Source: Macrostomum hystrix
Lineage: Eukaryota; Animalia; Platyhelminthes
Direction of reading: 5' to 3'
Length of the DNA stretch: 64,000 nt
Assembly (NCBI GenBank): GCA_950097015.1
Contig: CATNEN010000024.1
Location: forward strand, 1,550,001-1,614,000
The notes below the pieces were generated by a model that was not told where the DNA came from, searched no databases, and worked only from the letters and a program-made list of their open reading frames with translations. Position numbers and translations under genes: made by a program. Below are positions 47,933 through 60,265 of this stretch, one piece after another (within the stretch, counting starts at the first letter, position 1; every line of letters starts with the position of its first letter).

Positions 47933-48475
47933 ATGGCAACCTACGGCATGCCTTATCCTAGTTACCCACCCACGCAGCCGCCACCATACGGCAATCAGTC
48001 AAGCCGGCCGGTTCAGGTATGCCTGAGCTGGGTGCCGGCCTCCAGTGGCCAACTTCCGCAACGGGCTTTGCAGGCCGGGGTGCAGCAGACGGGCGGCACC
48101 CTGAGCGTGTTTATCAGCCGAGCCCGCTTCGGAAACGAGCTTATCCCGGCCAAGTTGGTCCAGAGTCATCCGCACGTGTGCGTGCCATACGGCGGCAAGG
48201 AGCATTGCATCCAGCAATACGAGGTACTGTGCGACACTGGCCTGCCCTGCTTCGGCTGCGGCTTCGCTTGGGCCCCCTGCCAGGGCTTCAACATTCCGCC
48301 AAATGCCATTGTTGGCGGCCACACCGCCAATAATGAGCCGCTGTACATTGCCAAGGGATTTGTGAATGGTGACGCTGTGGTTGGCAAAGTGTACGGGCCG
48401 CACCAGTGCGCCTACTTCCCCTGGGGCGGGGTTGAGCACACCAGCAAGCAGTTCGAGATTCTAGTGGCCCAGTGA
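47933..48475 (+). CDS. DM9-repeat (DUF3421) lectin-like protein, 180 aa
   Basis: Two DM9 repeats (WVPASSGQLP..A..G...FISRA...LIPAK...VPYGGKE..YEVL; WAPCQG.NIPPNAIVGG..NEPLYIAK...VGKV...YFPWGGVE..FEIL) and a Pro/Tyr-rich N-terminus. Probable 5'UTR intron (donor GTAAAT at ~47811, acceptor just before the ATG). Confidence 0.9.
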   Translation: MATYGMPYPSYPPTQPPPYGNQSSRPVQVCLSWVPASSGQLPQRALQAGVQQTGGTLSVFISRARFGNELIPAKLVQSHPHVCVPYGGKEHCIQQYEVLCDTGLPCFGCGFAWAPCQGFNIPPNAIVGGHTANNEPLYIAKGFVNGDAVVGKVYGPHQCAYFPWGGVEHTSKQFEILVAQ

Positions 48476-49079
48476 GACGGTGCAGCTGCTCACAGTTGAG
48501 CTGCACATTGTTTACTGTTTAAAGAAACTGATTCAGCTTAAACTATTCAATCTGTGAGCTTCATAGCTACAAAAACGGATGGGTTTTTATGTTATTTTAA
48601 AGCAACTAAACAAAGCTCCAATCTTCGAGCTACTACGTATGAAGCAATCGATATTTTATGCTCTTATTCAAGCTTATCAAATCTATAACATTCTGTTTAA
48701 CTAAATCATAGCAATCTCAACTTCTAACTTTTCTTTTTCTCTTGTTTGTGAGCAGTAACTTTTATAAAATTTCAATAAACGAGAATTTTATGCCGTAAAA
48801 AACGGTCTAACAATGCTCTCAGACTGTCGTCTGCTGTTAGGGTGTTGCTTGTTACGCCATCCGGTACAGAGCATACATGAAATGGCATGAGTTGCATGAG
48901 TTTATTTGTCGTTTTGTGTACTACAAACATTTGTGTCTCGAACATTTTTGAGCAATTCGTAGCTAGGTGTCAAACTCGAGGAAAAAAACTGTAAAAACGA
49001 TTGGACAGCGTATTTGAAGAAAAGTGTCATTTTAAAATTACGATTTTTAACGAATTTTTAGTTCTTTATTTTAAGTACT

Positions 49080-49352
49080 AGGGCTTGCAGCGAAGTGGTT
49101 AGAGCATCGAACTCACGAGTCACGACGTCAAGATCGGGGCGGTTGATTCCCGACTGGAAGAATTTGTGACCTTTAGAAGGCACTTAACCCTGCATTGCTT
49201 CAGTTACCCAGCTGCTAATTAATGGGTATACCAGCAATAGCTGGGGCAATTGATGGTGCGTGTGGTTGGTTGTCCATCTTTGGCTTTCAGATGCGCCACG
49301 CGATAGATGCGGCTGTGCTGTCGGCTGCAAATCTGACTAAATTTGAGCAGGT
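49080..49352 (+). mobile_element. tRNA-derived SINE
   Basis: GGGCTTGCAGCGAAGTGGTTAGAGCATC...GACCTTTAGAAGGCACTTAACCCTGCATTGCTTCAG...CAGATGCGCCACGCGATAGATGCGGCTGTGCTGTCGGCTGC. Confidence 0.85.
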
Positions 49353-49929
49353 GTAATAGGTGTATAGATATAGATCTATAGGTGTAATAAATTGAAACTT
49401 TAATGAAATATCGCAAATACTTATGCATTGCATATATATATGACTCTAACTTTCCTTAACGATTTTCTCAAAACATCGGCAGAAAAGAGGCAAAATTTAT
49501 TTTCCCCTTATATAAAAGGATGTCAATATTTACGTCAAGGACAGGTGCACTCGTACACTTCAGGACAGATTGAAATACTACAATATTTATTGAGACACTT
49601 CATTTCAAAGTTAATGCGCTGATGCCAACACTACAAATTCGCAAAGCTAGTGCTTAAAGCAAGCAGCAAAAGTACACGTGCTATAAATGTGCACTTTTGT
49701 ACTATGATAGTACATACGAATAATTTCCCGTTGAACTGGCACAGCAGTGCTACTGCGAAAAAAATCGAAGGGAATTCGATATCACTAAATTGTAACAGGT
49801 GTATCTAAAAGGAAAAAATATCTCACTTCTAATTTGCTAGATACTCGTACAATGTATCATGTCGTCAACTGGAAAAAATGTTAAAAATTTCCCGCCAGTG
49901 GGTCTCGACTATCGCATGCTCAGCTTGGA

Positions 49930-51897
49930 TTCGTAACATATAAGCACCCCGACAGGTGGTTCAGGCGCACCAGCAGGAGGCCGCCATCGTTCAATGAATT
50001 CCCGCCGGACGTAGCGCTGCACTAGACCCCGGAGCAGATGGAGCCGCCGCCACCGCCCGCCAGAGGACTTCGGCTGCCAGCGCCTCCGCCGCTGAAGCCG
50101 CCGCCTCCGCCAGCAGTTCCCGCATTGTAGCTACCGCCACCTCCTCCGCCAAAGCCTCCAGTGGCGCGCTCGTTGGCATGTGCGGCGACGCCACCGAGCC
50201 AGCCGGCTCCCAGGCCACCATTGATGTTGAGTCCAGAAGGCCCGAAGCTGCCGGGTTGCCGGGTTGTAAGCGGCTGTGCCGACGGTGTTGGTGCCGTTCA
50301 CGCCGGCCGATCCGTTCAGGCTTTCAGTGTTGAGCGTTGATAGTTAAATAAAAAATAAACTAGCTAATCGTGTTTAACAGTACGAGTATAAAGATCACGT
50401 GTTTCAGGTATTTCAAATACCCAGATTTGTATTTTTATTTAATTGTTAATTTTCCCTTTTTTGAACTAGGGATTCGCCATAGAGGTTTAATGGCGATTCG
50501 CCATTCGCCATTCGCCATACAGAGCAATTTCAGCTGTCCTTGTCACCAGGGTCTCTGACAAGAATCGCTGAATATCTCGACGATGCTGACTCGGATGGCT
50601 TTGAAAGTTGGCTCATGGTAAAGCGCGGAAAATTTTGAATTAGATGATGGACTTTTACGAAAATCGGTCATTTGGTTTGGGAGCTATCGTAAAGTGGGCA
50701 GTGGGTATTTGAAATACCGTGGTCTTTCTATTGCAAAATACTTCAAAATAGGCTTTTCTATTGTGAGGAATTTTGAGGAATGGGGTCAATTTGACCATCA
50801 CATGATAAGGCTTCCAATCTGAATGAGATTCATGCCTTTCAAAGGGGGAGTGTTACTTTTTCTGATTAAATCTATGGCAACATATGCGTGTACTGCAGGA
50901 GCAAATGAACTTGCCATTGAATCCCTGAGAGCCACCTCCGCCACCTACAGCAGCCAGGTACAACAGGTTGTCCGATCGGTCCGGTACACAAAGGTGCCGC
51001 CACCGCCTCCAGATCCAGCGGTGGAATCCACTTGGGTGGCGTCGCCGTCTCGCTGGCCGATGACGATGCTGATCTGTGTCCCAGCTGTCAGGTTGAAGTT
51101 TCCTCCGATGTACGCGCCGAACCCGCCAGTGTAGACAGGGCTGAAGGCTGGGTTGGTGCGGCCGCCTCGAGCACCGAACGCCTCCATGCGGTAGCAGCCG
51201 GTCTGGTTCACCGTCAGGCTCTGGACGGTTCCACTCGCACCAGTGCTGGTGTCTGAATGGCATCGTATTTAACAGTTTTGTTGTCGTCAACCGGAGATCT
51301 TTCTTCGTGAATATGTGAATACACGCCCTGCTCAATCAACCAAACGCGCAATCTTACTCTTATAAGTAGAGTACGTGAAATTAAGCTGACTTCTCAAGTC
51401 AGCTTAATTTCTCCAGGTGAAAGCCACCTCGTCGCTTGAGGCATTGAATTCGTTAGATGTGCCGCAGATGGACTTAAGCAGTACACACATAGCGGTCTCA
51501 ACCCAGGCCAACCTACAGACTCCATCTTTGAAGGCTACCGCAGAGCAGCCCTCATATCTGCCCCTGTAGGCGCACTCTGAGCTGCTCCGTACTCCGTGCA
51601 ACGTCCTCACCGTTTTGCAGATGCTCTTCTCCAACACGGTGATGGTGGAGCCTGGGGACGCTTGCGTCAGTTGGAACTCCTCGCCAGAACTCGTGATCTG
51701 TTCGGCTACAGCCAGACCGAGAACTCCTATTTCATAGTGATACGGAACAGATGTTCAATGTGCAAATGTATGGTAAATATGTAAATAAAATCAATACACC
51801 ATATAATAGACGAACCGCTAACAAGCTACTATTTTTATTAAAGATAATGTAATTGGCAAGTGTTACCTAAGATAAGAAGGCCTCTCAGAAGTAGCAT
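49930..51897 (-). pseudogene. PAN + ALK/LTK-type glycine-rich-domain gene, copy A (disabled)
   Basis: Exons 51897-51867 (signal MLLLRGLLILG), 51726-51358, 51252-50915 (GC donor) and ~50321-49930. In-frame TAA at 51406-51404, +2 frameshift at ~50975, two deletions and a TAG in exon 4 relative to copy B. Confidence 0.85.
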
Positions 51898-53263
51898 TGT
51901 TATGTTGCCTTTTCTTTCTTACGGATTTTTCTCCCATCCACTGTCGCCATCTTGGCTGCTTCCTGTTTAAAGACAGGGCAAATTCCCCACTGTTTGTTGC
52001 CAGGCAAGCCAGTTTTGTCACTAGGGTGACGCCAAGACGCAGTCCTGGCAGCCACCCGTGCCTGTTCATAGTTGCATACACAGCAGCCTGAGTCCGTGTC
52101 TCAGTCAAAGATCACATGAGGTCACATGCACTTAATGCAGAAGTATAGGAAGGATGAGTCTACTCAGTAGAAAATAAGAAGTTTCTGAGAGGGGCCCAAT
52201 CCTACGGACAAGGTTCCATCGATTTTATCGTTTTTGCAGATGCCGGATCTAAGACAATTAACCTGTGGCATTTAGGTTAGCTGTGTAAGTTCTGCATAAA
52301 CTACATTTTACGAGTGTATATTAAAAAAACGAATATCAAGCTTTGAAATAAGAATTTATACATCATTCTTTGTGTGTAATTCTGAGAATTCATTGTCTCT
52401 AAGAAAAATATGAGTCGTGCTCAATTTGTTGTATATAAACACTGAGCACAATTATTTAAATGAGAATACTTAGGAACCTACAAGTTTAGGCAGGACTTCA
52501 TGACTGGATGTCAACTGCTAAGCCTGTGTTCTATTCAATTATTTGAGTGCTCAATTATTTCATTTTACTCTTCTACAATAGGCCGGCAATTGTATTTTAG
52601 GCAAGCAGTGATTCTGCGACTCATGCCCGCACAAATGACTCAGAGACCATTGTTAGAACTTTGTTACGATATCCGCGCAAATTTAGTTGCTAAAACCATT
52701 ACGTTTTATTGATTTGAATTATCTAAAACTGCAAAACTACATTTTGCAAAAACTACAGCAGAATTTAAGATAGTTACTGGCTCTACTTAATGGCTCTAAT
52801 TAATAGAAAGTACAAAGTATTATTTTTCAGCTAAGAAGTCAGGAAAACCTTAAAAAAATAATTTAAAGACTAAGGCGGAAGGCCTTTTGTTTACGAAGTT
52901 GGAGTGGCAGCGAAGTTAGTGTGCTGCATGGCACGTATATTTATATTTACAGCAAGCGCGCGAGCGAGATAGAGGGGCCTAGGGAGGTGCGAAATGGTGG
53001 CGTGACTTCTCACACCCGGCTTAGCGAGCCGGCTGGCTGGGTGCACCAACCCCCACCTCAACTAGACTGAGGTTGAGGGGTTTGGGTGCGGCTGCACTGT
53101 TGCTGGCCGGTCGCGTGTTGACTGTCCGCCACAAGACTTAATTTTCCTAACTCTACACGATTAGGCATGTTTTACTCTCGTTAATCGATACAAGTCCGAA
53201 TTTCTCTTTCAGTTTTATCTGTGCATTAAAAACTGCCTTTCAATCCCTGGACCGATGGTCACC

Positions 53264-55116
53264 TCAGACGCAGCTGCCAGTGTACATCAGGCGCAAGAAC
53301 AGCAGGCCGCCATCACTGTACGAGTTTCCACCGGACACAGCGCTGCAATCGAGCCCGGAGCAGAAGGAACCCCCGCCGCCACCCGCCTGGGGAGAAAAGC
53401 TTCCAGCGCCGCCACCGCTGAAGCCTCCGCCTCCGCCGGCTGCTCCGCTTTGGTGGCTGCCGCCGCCGCCTCCGCCGAAGCCACCGACGGCGCCTTCGTT
53501 GCCGTGTCCGGCGACACCGCCGACCCAGCCCTGGACGAGGCTGCCGCCGCGATCGCCGTAGCATGTGCTGGCCCTGGAAACGGCAGCTCCCAGCCAGCCA
53601 GCTCCGAGGCCGCCTCTGAAGGAGCTGGTCGAGGGTCCGTAGCTTCCGGGCTGACCGTTTGCTCCGCCAAATCCAACGTAGGAGGCCGTGCCGACGGTGT
53701 CGGTGCCGTTCACTCCGGCTGATCCGTTCACACCTGTAGTGTTTGCATGGGAAAACACTTTAGACTCGATGCATTAACTACTTGATCAACTCGTGTCCTC
53801 CAGAATGACTATAGGAATAGCAAGACTGCGTTCTCATTTGGGGATGAAGCTAAAAAATTCAAAGCAAAATAAAATTTCTTGTGTATGCTAATATATTAAC
53901 AGAGATGTTTGACCCCACTGGCGTCATGATTGTCTTATTAAGTAGCTTTGAGAAACACCTTACTACGAAATTTTATCTCTGCGAATCGCGGCCTTACCAT
54001 TGAATCCAAGCGACCCGCCACCGCCACCTCCAGCAGCCAGGTACAGCAGGTTGTCAGAGCTCCGGTACACAAAGGTGCCGCCGCCGCCGCCAGAGGCGGC
54101 AGTGTTGAGTGCCTGATTGGCGTCAGCGCCCCGCTGGCCGATGACGATGCTGATCTGTGTCCCAGCTGTCAGGTTGAAGTTTCCTCCGATGTACGCGCCG
54201 AACCCGCCAGTGTAGACAGGGCTGAAGGCTGGGTTGGTGCGGCCGCCTCGAGCACCGAACGCCTCCATGCGGTAGCAGCCGGTCTGGTTCACCGTCAGGC
54301 TCTGGACGGTTCCACTCGCACCAGTGCTGGTGTCTGAATGTCATAGCGAATAGAAAAGGGTTAGTAAAACAAGGCACTGATGCTGTAGCACTTCAAAATT
54401 AAAAAAAAATTGTTTCAGCGCCTACTTTTATAGACAGTGGAGGTATAGTTCAGTTGGCTCTTCCAGTCGGTCCAAATAAAGGCGGCTTCGTCATCGGTGG
54501 TGTTGAATTCGGCACAAACGGAGTGCGCCAGAAGATACATTGAAGTCTCTACCCAGGCCATCCTGCAGACTTCGTCTTTGAAGGCCATGCCGACGCAGCC
54601 TACGTAGCTGCACCTGTAGGCGCACTCGGCGCTGCTTCGAACGCCCTGCAGTGTCCGAATCCTCGTGCAGACGTTCTTCTCCAACACGGTGACGGTGGAG
54701 CCAGGGGAGCCATCAGCCAGTCGGAACTCCTGACTGGTGCTTAGAGATAAATCGGCCATTGCCAGATCAGGCAGACCTGAAGTTTTTGGGCAAACTTTGT
54801 TGAATGATATTGCGATTTGAATAAATGCCCCGCTTTGTCACCTAGCCACTATACTAGCTCGCAACCTTCTCAGCTGTAAACCCTGTCATGGCCTTTCGTT
54901 GAGTTTAGTCAATTCAATTTTTTTATAACACGTCAGCGGCTCTCAATGGTATTTTTAGAGGCAGAATAGAAAAATATCATGATGGACTTAAAGCTGACTT
55001 GAACTTATTAAATGGATCATCTATTCAGATGATAAAATTTGTTCAGAAATAAATGCGAAGGTATTCTTACCGGATAGAAGCAGACAGGACACAGTTTTCC
55101 ACAGGATCAACAACAT
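53264..55116 (-). CDS. Secreted PAN/apple-like + ALK/LTK-type glycine-rich-domain protein, copy B (intact, 400 aa)
   Basis: Exons 55116-55071 (MLLILWKTVSCLLLSG), 54776-54426, 54333-53998 and 53733-53264, all phase 1 and GT-AG (1203 nt). PAN-like SAECAYRCSYVGCVGMAFKDEVCRM. GRD motifs GCYRMEAFGARGG, GAYIGGNFNL, ISIVIGQRG, GGGGGTFV, LYLAAGGGGG, GGFGGGGG. No TM segment or kinase. Confidence 0.85.
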
Positions 55117-55988
55117 ATTGCTTTTTCCCTTTTCCAAGGTCTCACCTAGTATTTTAACCGCAGCAAAAGCCTCACTTATGTATCATAATGAAGCTAGCAA
55201 CCGTCGTCATGGTAATGCGAGTAAACAAAGCTACACAATAGCTAGCTGCCTTGTCACCGCGGGTCGGGGCATCTGGGTCTCGCTGAGTGCGCTCAGTGCG
55301 GCAGTTGCATACGAGATTTAACGTCTGCTGCCCACTTGGAAGCAATTCAAGCGAACAATGTCTTTAACAGCCAAGAGAGCCAACATAGCCTAAGCAAAGC
55401 TTTTCTTGTGAGCTGAGTTCTAGCTCTGTGAAATGCTAAATAGTTTTCGTCAGGTTCTCGGTAAGCAGCTGCTAGAAGAAGACGACACGCTTGGGAAACT
55501 GCCTTCTTGTTTTTTCTGAGCATCCGAAGACAATGGGAAACTTTTGACTGATGGGTTGAAGGAGCCTTAAAAAATAGAGGTTCTCCTGTGCCTTCTCCAC
55601 CAGTTTTACCCAGAAATGAATCGCCGACAAACAGGGAAGATCACTAGAGGGATGCCACTAGTCTATGACGTTGCAACTAAACAGGCCTTCTAAATAGGCA
55701 CCGTATGCTGTAAACTATCAGGTAGAGTCCCGCTGCGCTTGTTCCAACAGGTGCGACAGAGCTTTTACTTGACCATGAATTGAAGCCAATCGATATGAGG
55801 CCCATATAATTTTAAAATAAAGCTATACAGAAAGTTATGTTCTGTGAAGATTAATTAAAATATAGTAAACGAAGCTTCTAAAGTTTTCAGAAAAAGTCTG
55901 TATATTAAGATCCGATCCTCTGGACTACCACTGGCTTGATCAAGGCTCAGCAGTCAGCCACAGTTCATTAAAGACAACAGCTTAATCG

Positions 55989-57508
55989 TCAGTCGACCGT
56001 CGTGCGAGTCAACGTTTCCGCCAGATGTACCAGCGCACCAGCGAGCCCGGAGCAGAAGGAACCCCCGCCGCCACCCGCCTGGGGAGACCAGCTTCCAGCG
56101 CCGCCACCGCTGAAGCCTCCGCCTCCGCCGGCTGCTCCGCTTTGGTGGCTGCCACCGCCGCCTCCGCCGAAGCCACCGACGGCGCCTTCGTTGCCGTGTC
56201 CGGCGACACCGCCGACCCAGCCCTGGACGAGGCTGCCGCCGCGATCTCCGTAGCATGTGCTGGCCCTGGAAACGGCAGCTCCCAGCCAGCCAGCTCCGAG
56301 GCCGCCTTTGAAGGAGCTGGTCGAGGGTCCGTAGCTTCCGGGCTGACCGTTTGCTCCGCCAAATCCAACGAAGGAGGCCGTGCCGACGGTGTCCGTGCCG
56401 TTCACTCCGGCTGATCCGTTCACGCCTGCATTAAAAAGAAATATATAAATCTTTAATTTCAAATTTTAACTTCTTTAATAAGTAACCTGTCGAAGGCTGT
56501 ATATACTAAAAAACAAGTGAATGACAGAGTAGGGAATAAGTTAATAACCGTTGTATCCAATAGACCCGCCACCGCCACCACCAGCAGCCAGGTACAGCAG
56601 GTTGTCCGAGCTTCGGTACACAAAGGTGCCGCCGCCACCACCAGAGGCGGCAGTTTTCAACGTCTCGCTAGCGTCACCGCCCCGCTGGCCGATGACGATG
56701 CTGATCTGTGATTCAGCCGTCAGGTTGAAGTTTCCTCCGATGTACGCACCGAATCCGCCAGTGTAGACAGGGCTGAAGGCTGGGCTGGTGCTGCCGCCTC
56801 GAGCACCGAACGCCTCCATGCGGTAGCAGCCGGTCTGGTTCACCAGCATGTTGAGCACACTGCCACTTCTGCTTGTGCCTGAGCCTGGAAAAAGTTTTTT
56901 ATAGAATCTCATGAAAAAGTTGTGGAAACTGATTTTTAGTAAGTCAGTGTTAAAGCTTCGAGGTCACTGTCCATTTTTAAACCAAAAATTCACATAGTCA
57001 CACAGCCTCACTATTGAACGCAGTCGTAAGACGCGAAGCCGCAGCGACCCGACTGTCAAACTCGGTGGCACGCAGCAGCCGCTGCGTCTGATTGACTGTG
57101 AAGTGTCGGTCTTGCCAGCAGCTCTCGGTAGCAGTGGCTGCAGGCGTCAGTCGAAGCAGCTTGCAGATGCCGCTGATCATGTCGTGAGCCAGGACGTCGC
57201 AGCACGAGGAGCAGTCGACGCCGCAGCAGCTCAGGATGCAGTCGGCCTCGGACCAGACGCCGATTAGTTCGGCCAGCTGGCTGCAGCTGGAGTCGCTCAG
57301 GCTGATTTGTGAGGCTGATCGAAATGTGGCGCGGCAGTCGGACTGAGAGGTCAATGGTTCGATTTTCTCCAAAATGTGCAGGACTGAAATGAAATAGGGC
57401 AAGAACTCAAACATTTTCAAGTGAATAAACAAAATTAAAAAATTAGACAAGCTTTACACTCCAGCGCATACCAAAGGCAAGCAATACTTTGAACTCCAAA
57501 ATCTTCAT
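55989..57508 (-). CDS. PAN-like + ALK/LTK-type GRD protein, copy C (C-terminal frameshift; altered protein, young pseudogene or assembly indel)
   Basis: Exons 57508-57472, 57383-57012, 56884-56549 (weak donor GTTATT) and 56425-55989. The sequence homologous to B's C-terminus (CAGTSGGNVDSHDGRLTIKLLSLMNCG, stop at 55954) continues in another frame after ~56040. Confidence 0.72.
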
Positions 57509-58116
57509 GACAAAATGTAACAAACTCGTTGATTCCGCAATTTTTTTAACCCAAGCCGGCAAAACCGTCTGCTTTTACGAGCGTAAAGAAACCAGCAAAA
57601 CAGAAGCCTGAGCAGAAAGCCGCAGCTGCTTCAGCACAAAACTGAAAACTAGCCATCGAACCCGAGTCTATTCCAGACAGCAAACAGAGAGCAAAAACGT
57701 TTCACTGTGTCCTGACTTCTTCGTATTGCTGTCTAGAAAGTACTTTATGGTGGCAGTTTTCGCCAAGACCCATTGAATAGCCTCATGGCGCTCCGGAGGT
57801 CTGTCTATGGGGAGTCTGTGGCATCTTTGTTCCGCTGCGCTGCTGAGCCAGATGAGCCAGGTGGCAGCTGAAGTCATTTCCATTGTTTCCAGTGACTGCC
57901 CCAGCTATTGTTTGCTAATTGCTTCTCAGCTCTTCTTCAAGCTTTCCTTGTCAGGTGCCCCAACTCAACACGTGCGCATCCGATCCGACACTTAAGCCTG
58001 CATGCCTGCCTGCACAGGCTCAACGATCGATGATGGAAGGCCAGGTAAGGAGCTCAAGACTTGGCTGTCTGACAATGACAAAACTCAATGTGGGCTAAAT
58101 ACTGGATTTGCCACAG

Positions 58117-58880
58117 CTGTGGCTGTGACTGTGGCTTTGGCTGTGGCTGTGGCTGTGGCTGTGGCTATGGCTATATGGCTGTGGCTATGGCTGTGGCTGT
58201 GGCTGTGGCTGTGGCTGTGGCTGTGGCTGTGGCTATGGCTGTGGCTGTGGCTGTGGCTATGGCTGTGGCTGTGGCTGTGGCTATGGCTGTGGCTGTGGCT
58301 GTGGCTATGGCTGTGGCTATGGCTGTGGCTGTGGCTATGGCTGTGGCTGTGGCTGTGGCTGTGGCTGGGGCTATGGCTGTGGCTGTGGCTGTGGCTGTGG
58401 CTGTCTGTTTCTGTGGCTGTGGCTGTGGCTGTGTCTGTTTCTGTGGCTGTGGCTGTGGCTGTGGCTGTGGCTGTGGCTGTGGCTGTGGCTGTGGCTGTGG
58501 CTGTGGCTGTGGCTGTGGCTGTGGCTGTGGCTATGGCTGTGGCTATGGCTGTGGCTATGGCTATGGCTGTGGCTGTGGCTGTGGCTATGGCTGTGGCTGT
58601 GGCTGTGGCTATGGCTGTGGCTATGGCTGTGGCTATGGCTGTGGCTGTAGCTGTGGCTATGGCTGTGGCTGTGGCTGTGGCTATGGCTGTGGCTGTGGCT
58701 GTGGCTGTGGCTGTGGCTGTGGCTGTGGCTATGGCTGTGGCTATGGCTGTGGCTGTGGCTATGGCTGTGGCTGTGGCTGTGGCTGTGTCTGTTTCTGTGG
58801 CTGTGGCTGTGGCTGTATCTGTTTCTGTGGCTGTGGCTGTGGCTGTGGCTGTGGCTGTGGCTGTGGCTGTGGCTGTGGCT
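58117..58880. repeat. (GCTGTG/GCTATG)n hexanucleotide array, ~127 units
   Basis: Direct reading; the poly-VA, GC, WL and SH ORFs are by-products. Confidence 0.97.
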
Positions 58881-60265
58881 AAACAAAGCTATCTATCACG
58901 CTATACTACGCCGTAACCATCTAAAACGTGTCTGCCTGTCAATCTGGTATTACAGTCTACCGCCTGATCCCTGAACTGATATTTGCATATTCTATATCTG
59001 CTTTCTCGAAAAGTTCCTTGTTAGACTACTGTGAGTAGAAATAAAGATGATGCATTGCAAATAGTCCATGAAACATAAAATAAACGAAAATCAAATCGTA
59101 AGTACAACCTCCATAGCCTGATGCACGTTGCCAGTAAATGAATTAAATAGCAAACTTTTTATCATAGTTTCATCACAAACCATGATTTCACACGTAGGCT
59201 TTCGTTAATTAAAGCGATGAAATAACAGGTTTAAACTTACAAGCATATGTTAAAGTACGCATGTTCGCTCGTTCTTGTGAAAGAATCGAAGAGCAAAACA
59301 TGAAAAAACACAAATAAAAAACTTGTTTTCGCAGAAAGTTTTTTAGATTGGAGTAAAATTGAGAGTTATATTACCACTTTTTACTCTTTTTTTCTAACTC
59401 GGTCTCAGCCTTAGAATCCGCAGGTACAATTGCTACCTGGTTGTCAAGGCTTGTCAGGAAGCAAGGAGAAGGCGACAGGAAATTCCCGCACAACTGAATC
59501 GCTGGCAGGTGCGAGACAGAAACAATGAGCGGGAGCAAGCTATGATGAAAGAAGAGAGACATAGCGAGTGCATTATTGACGCAGACAACTTGTTTCCTGT
59601 TGTGCTCATGCAATGTCCCATGCAAGCCAGAAAGCACTAACAGAGGCTCTGGACAGGCTCTTCAAACTTGGCTTCCGGAAGTGTCCCGTTTTCCCATCGC
59701 CCACCAACTCGCGTTAGGCGCGCTAGCCCGCGGAGCCTATAGCGACGTCCAGCAATGCGCTCCAGCAATGCGCCAATTCAGCGCTAGAGAGTGGAGTGGG
59801 TGGAGGGGCCGGCCTGAATTATTCCCTGCTGCGACGGAAGCAGCAAGGCGCGGCAGCTTGGACGGGATGGCAAGAACCGAGAGAGGATGAAGAGAGAGAG
59901 GGACCTGAGTGGGCGATTACCAACCAGTCAAGACAATGGGGAAAGCTGGGGCTGAGGTGAGAAGAGTTGCTCATGGGTAGGCAAGAAGATGTCAAGCCAG
60001 TACTCCATGAAATTCTGGGGACCGCCGTCTGTGTCTAATGAGGCTGCAGCGGTTGTCCAGCCTCCCCTCAGTCTCACTGGTATCGTCTATTCACCAGCAG
60101 GAACCACTCCTCTTTGTCTGGAAGTCCCCCAGCATTCACAATTGATTTTGCCTCCCCGTGTCGCACTCTGCGGCCGTAGCGTCTTATAAAAGCGGCATCT
60201 CCAGGGGCTCCGACGGAACAGACGGGTCGGCTGACGGACCCCGCTTGCATCTCTTCCGTCTTCGA

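Noticed and set aside
50465-50800. Possible DNA-transposon fragment in intron 3 of GRD copy A ((ATTCGCC)n, GAAAATCGGTC...)
   Set aside because: No paired TIRs or TSD found, so it is too weak to call.
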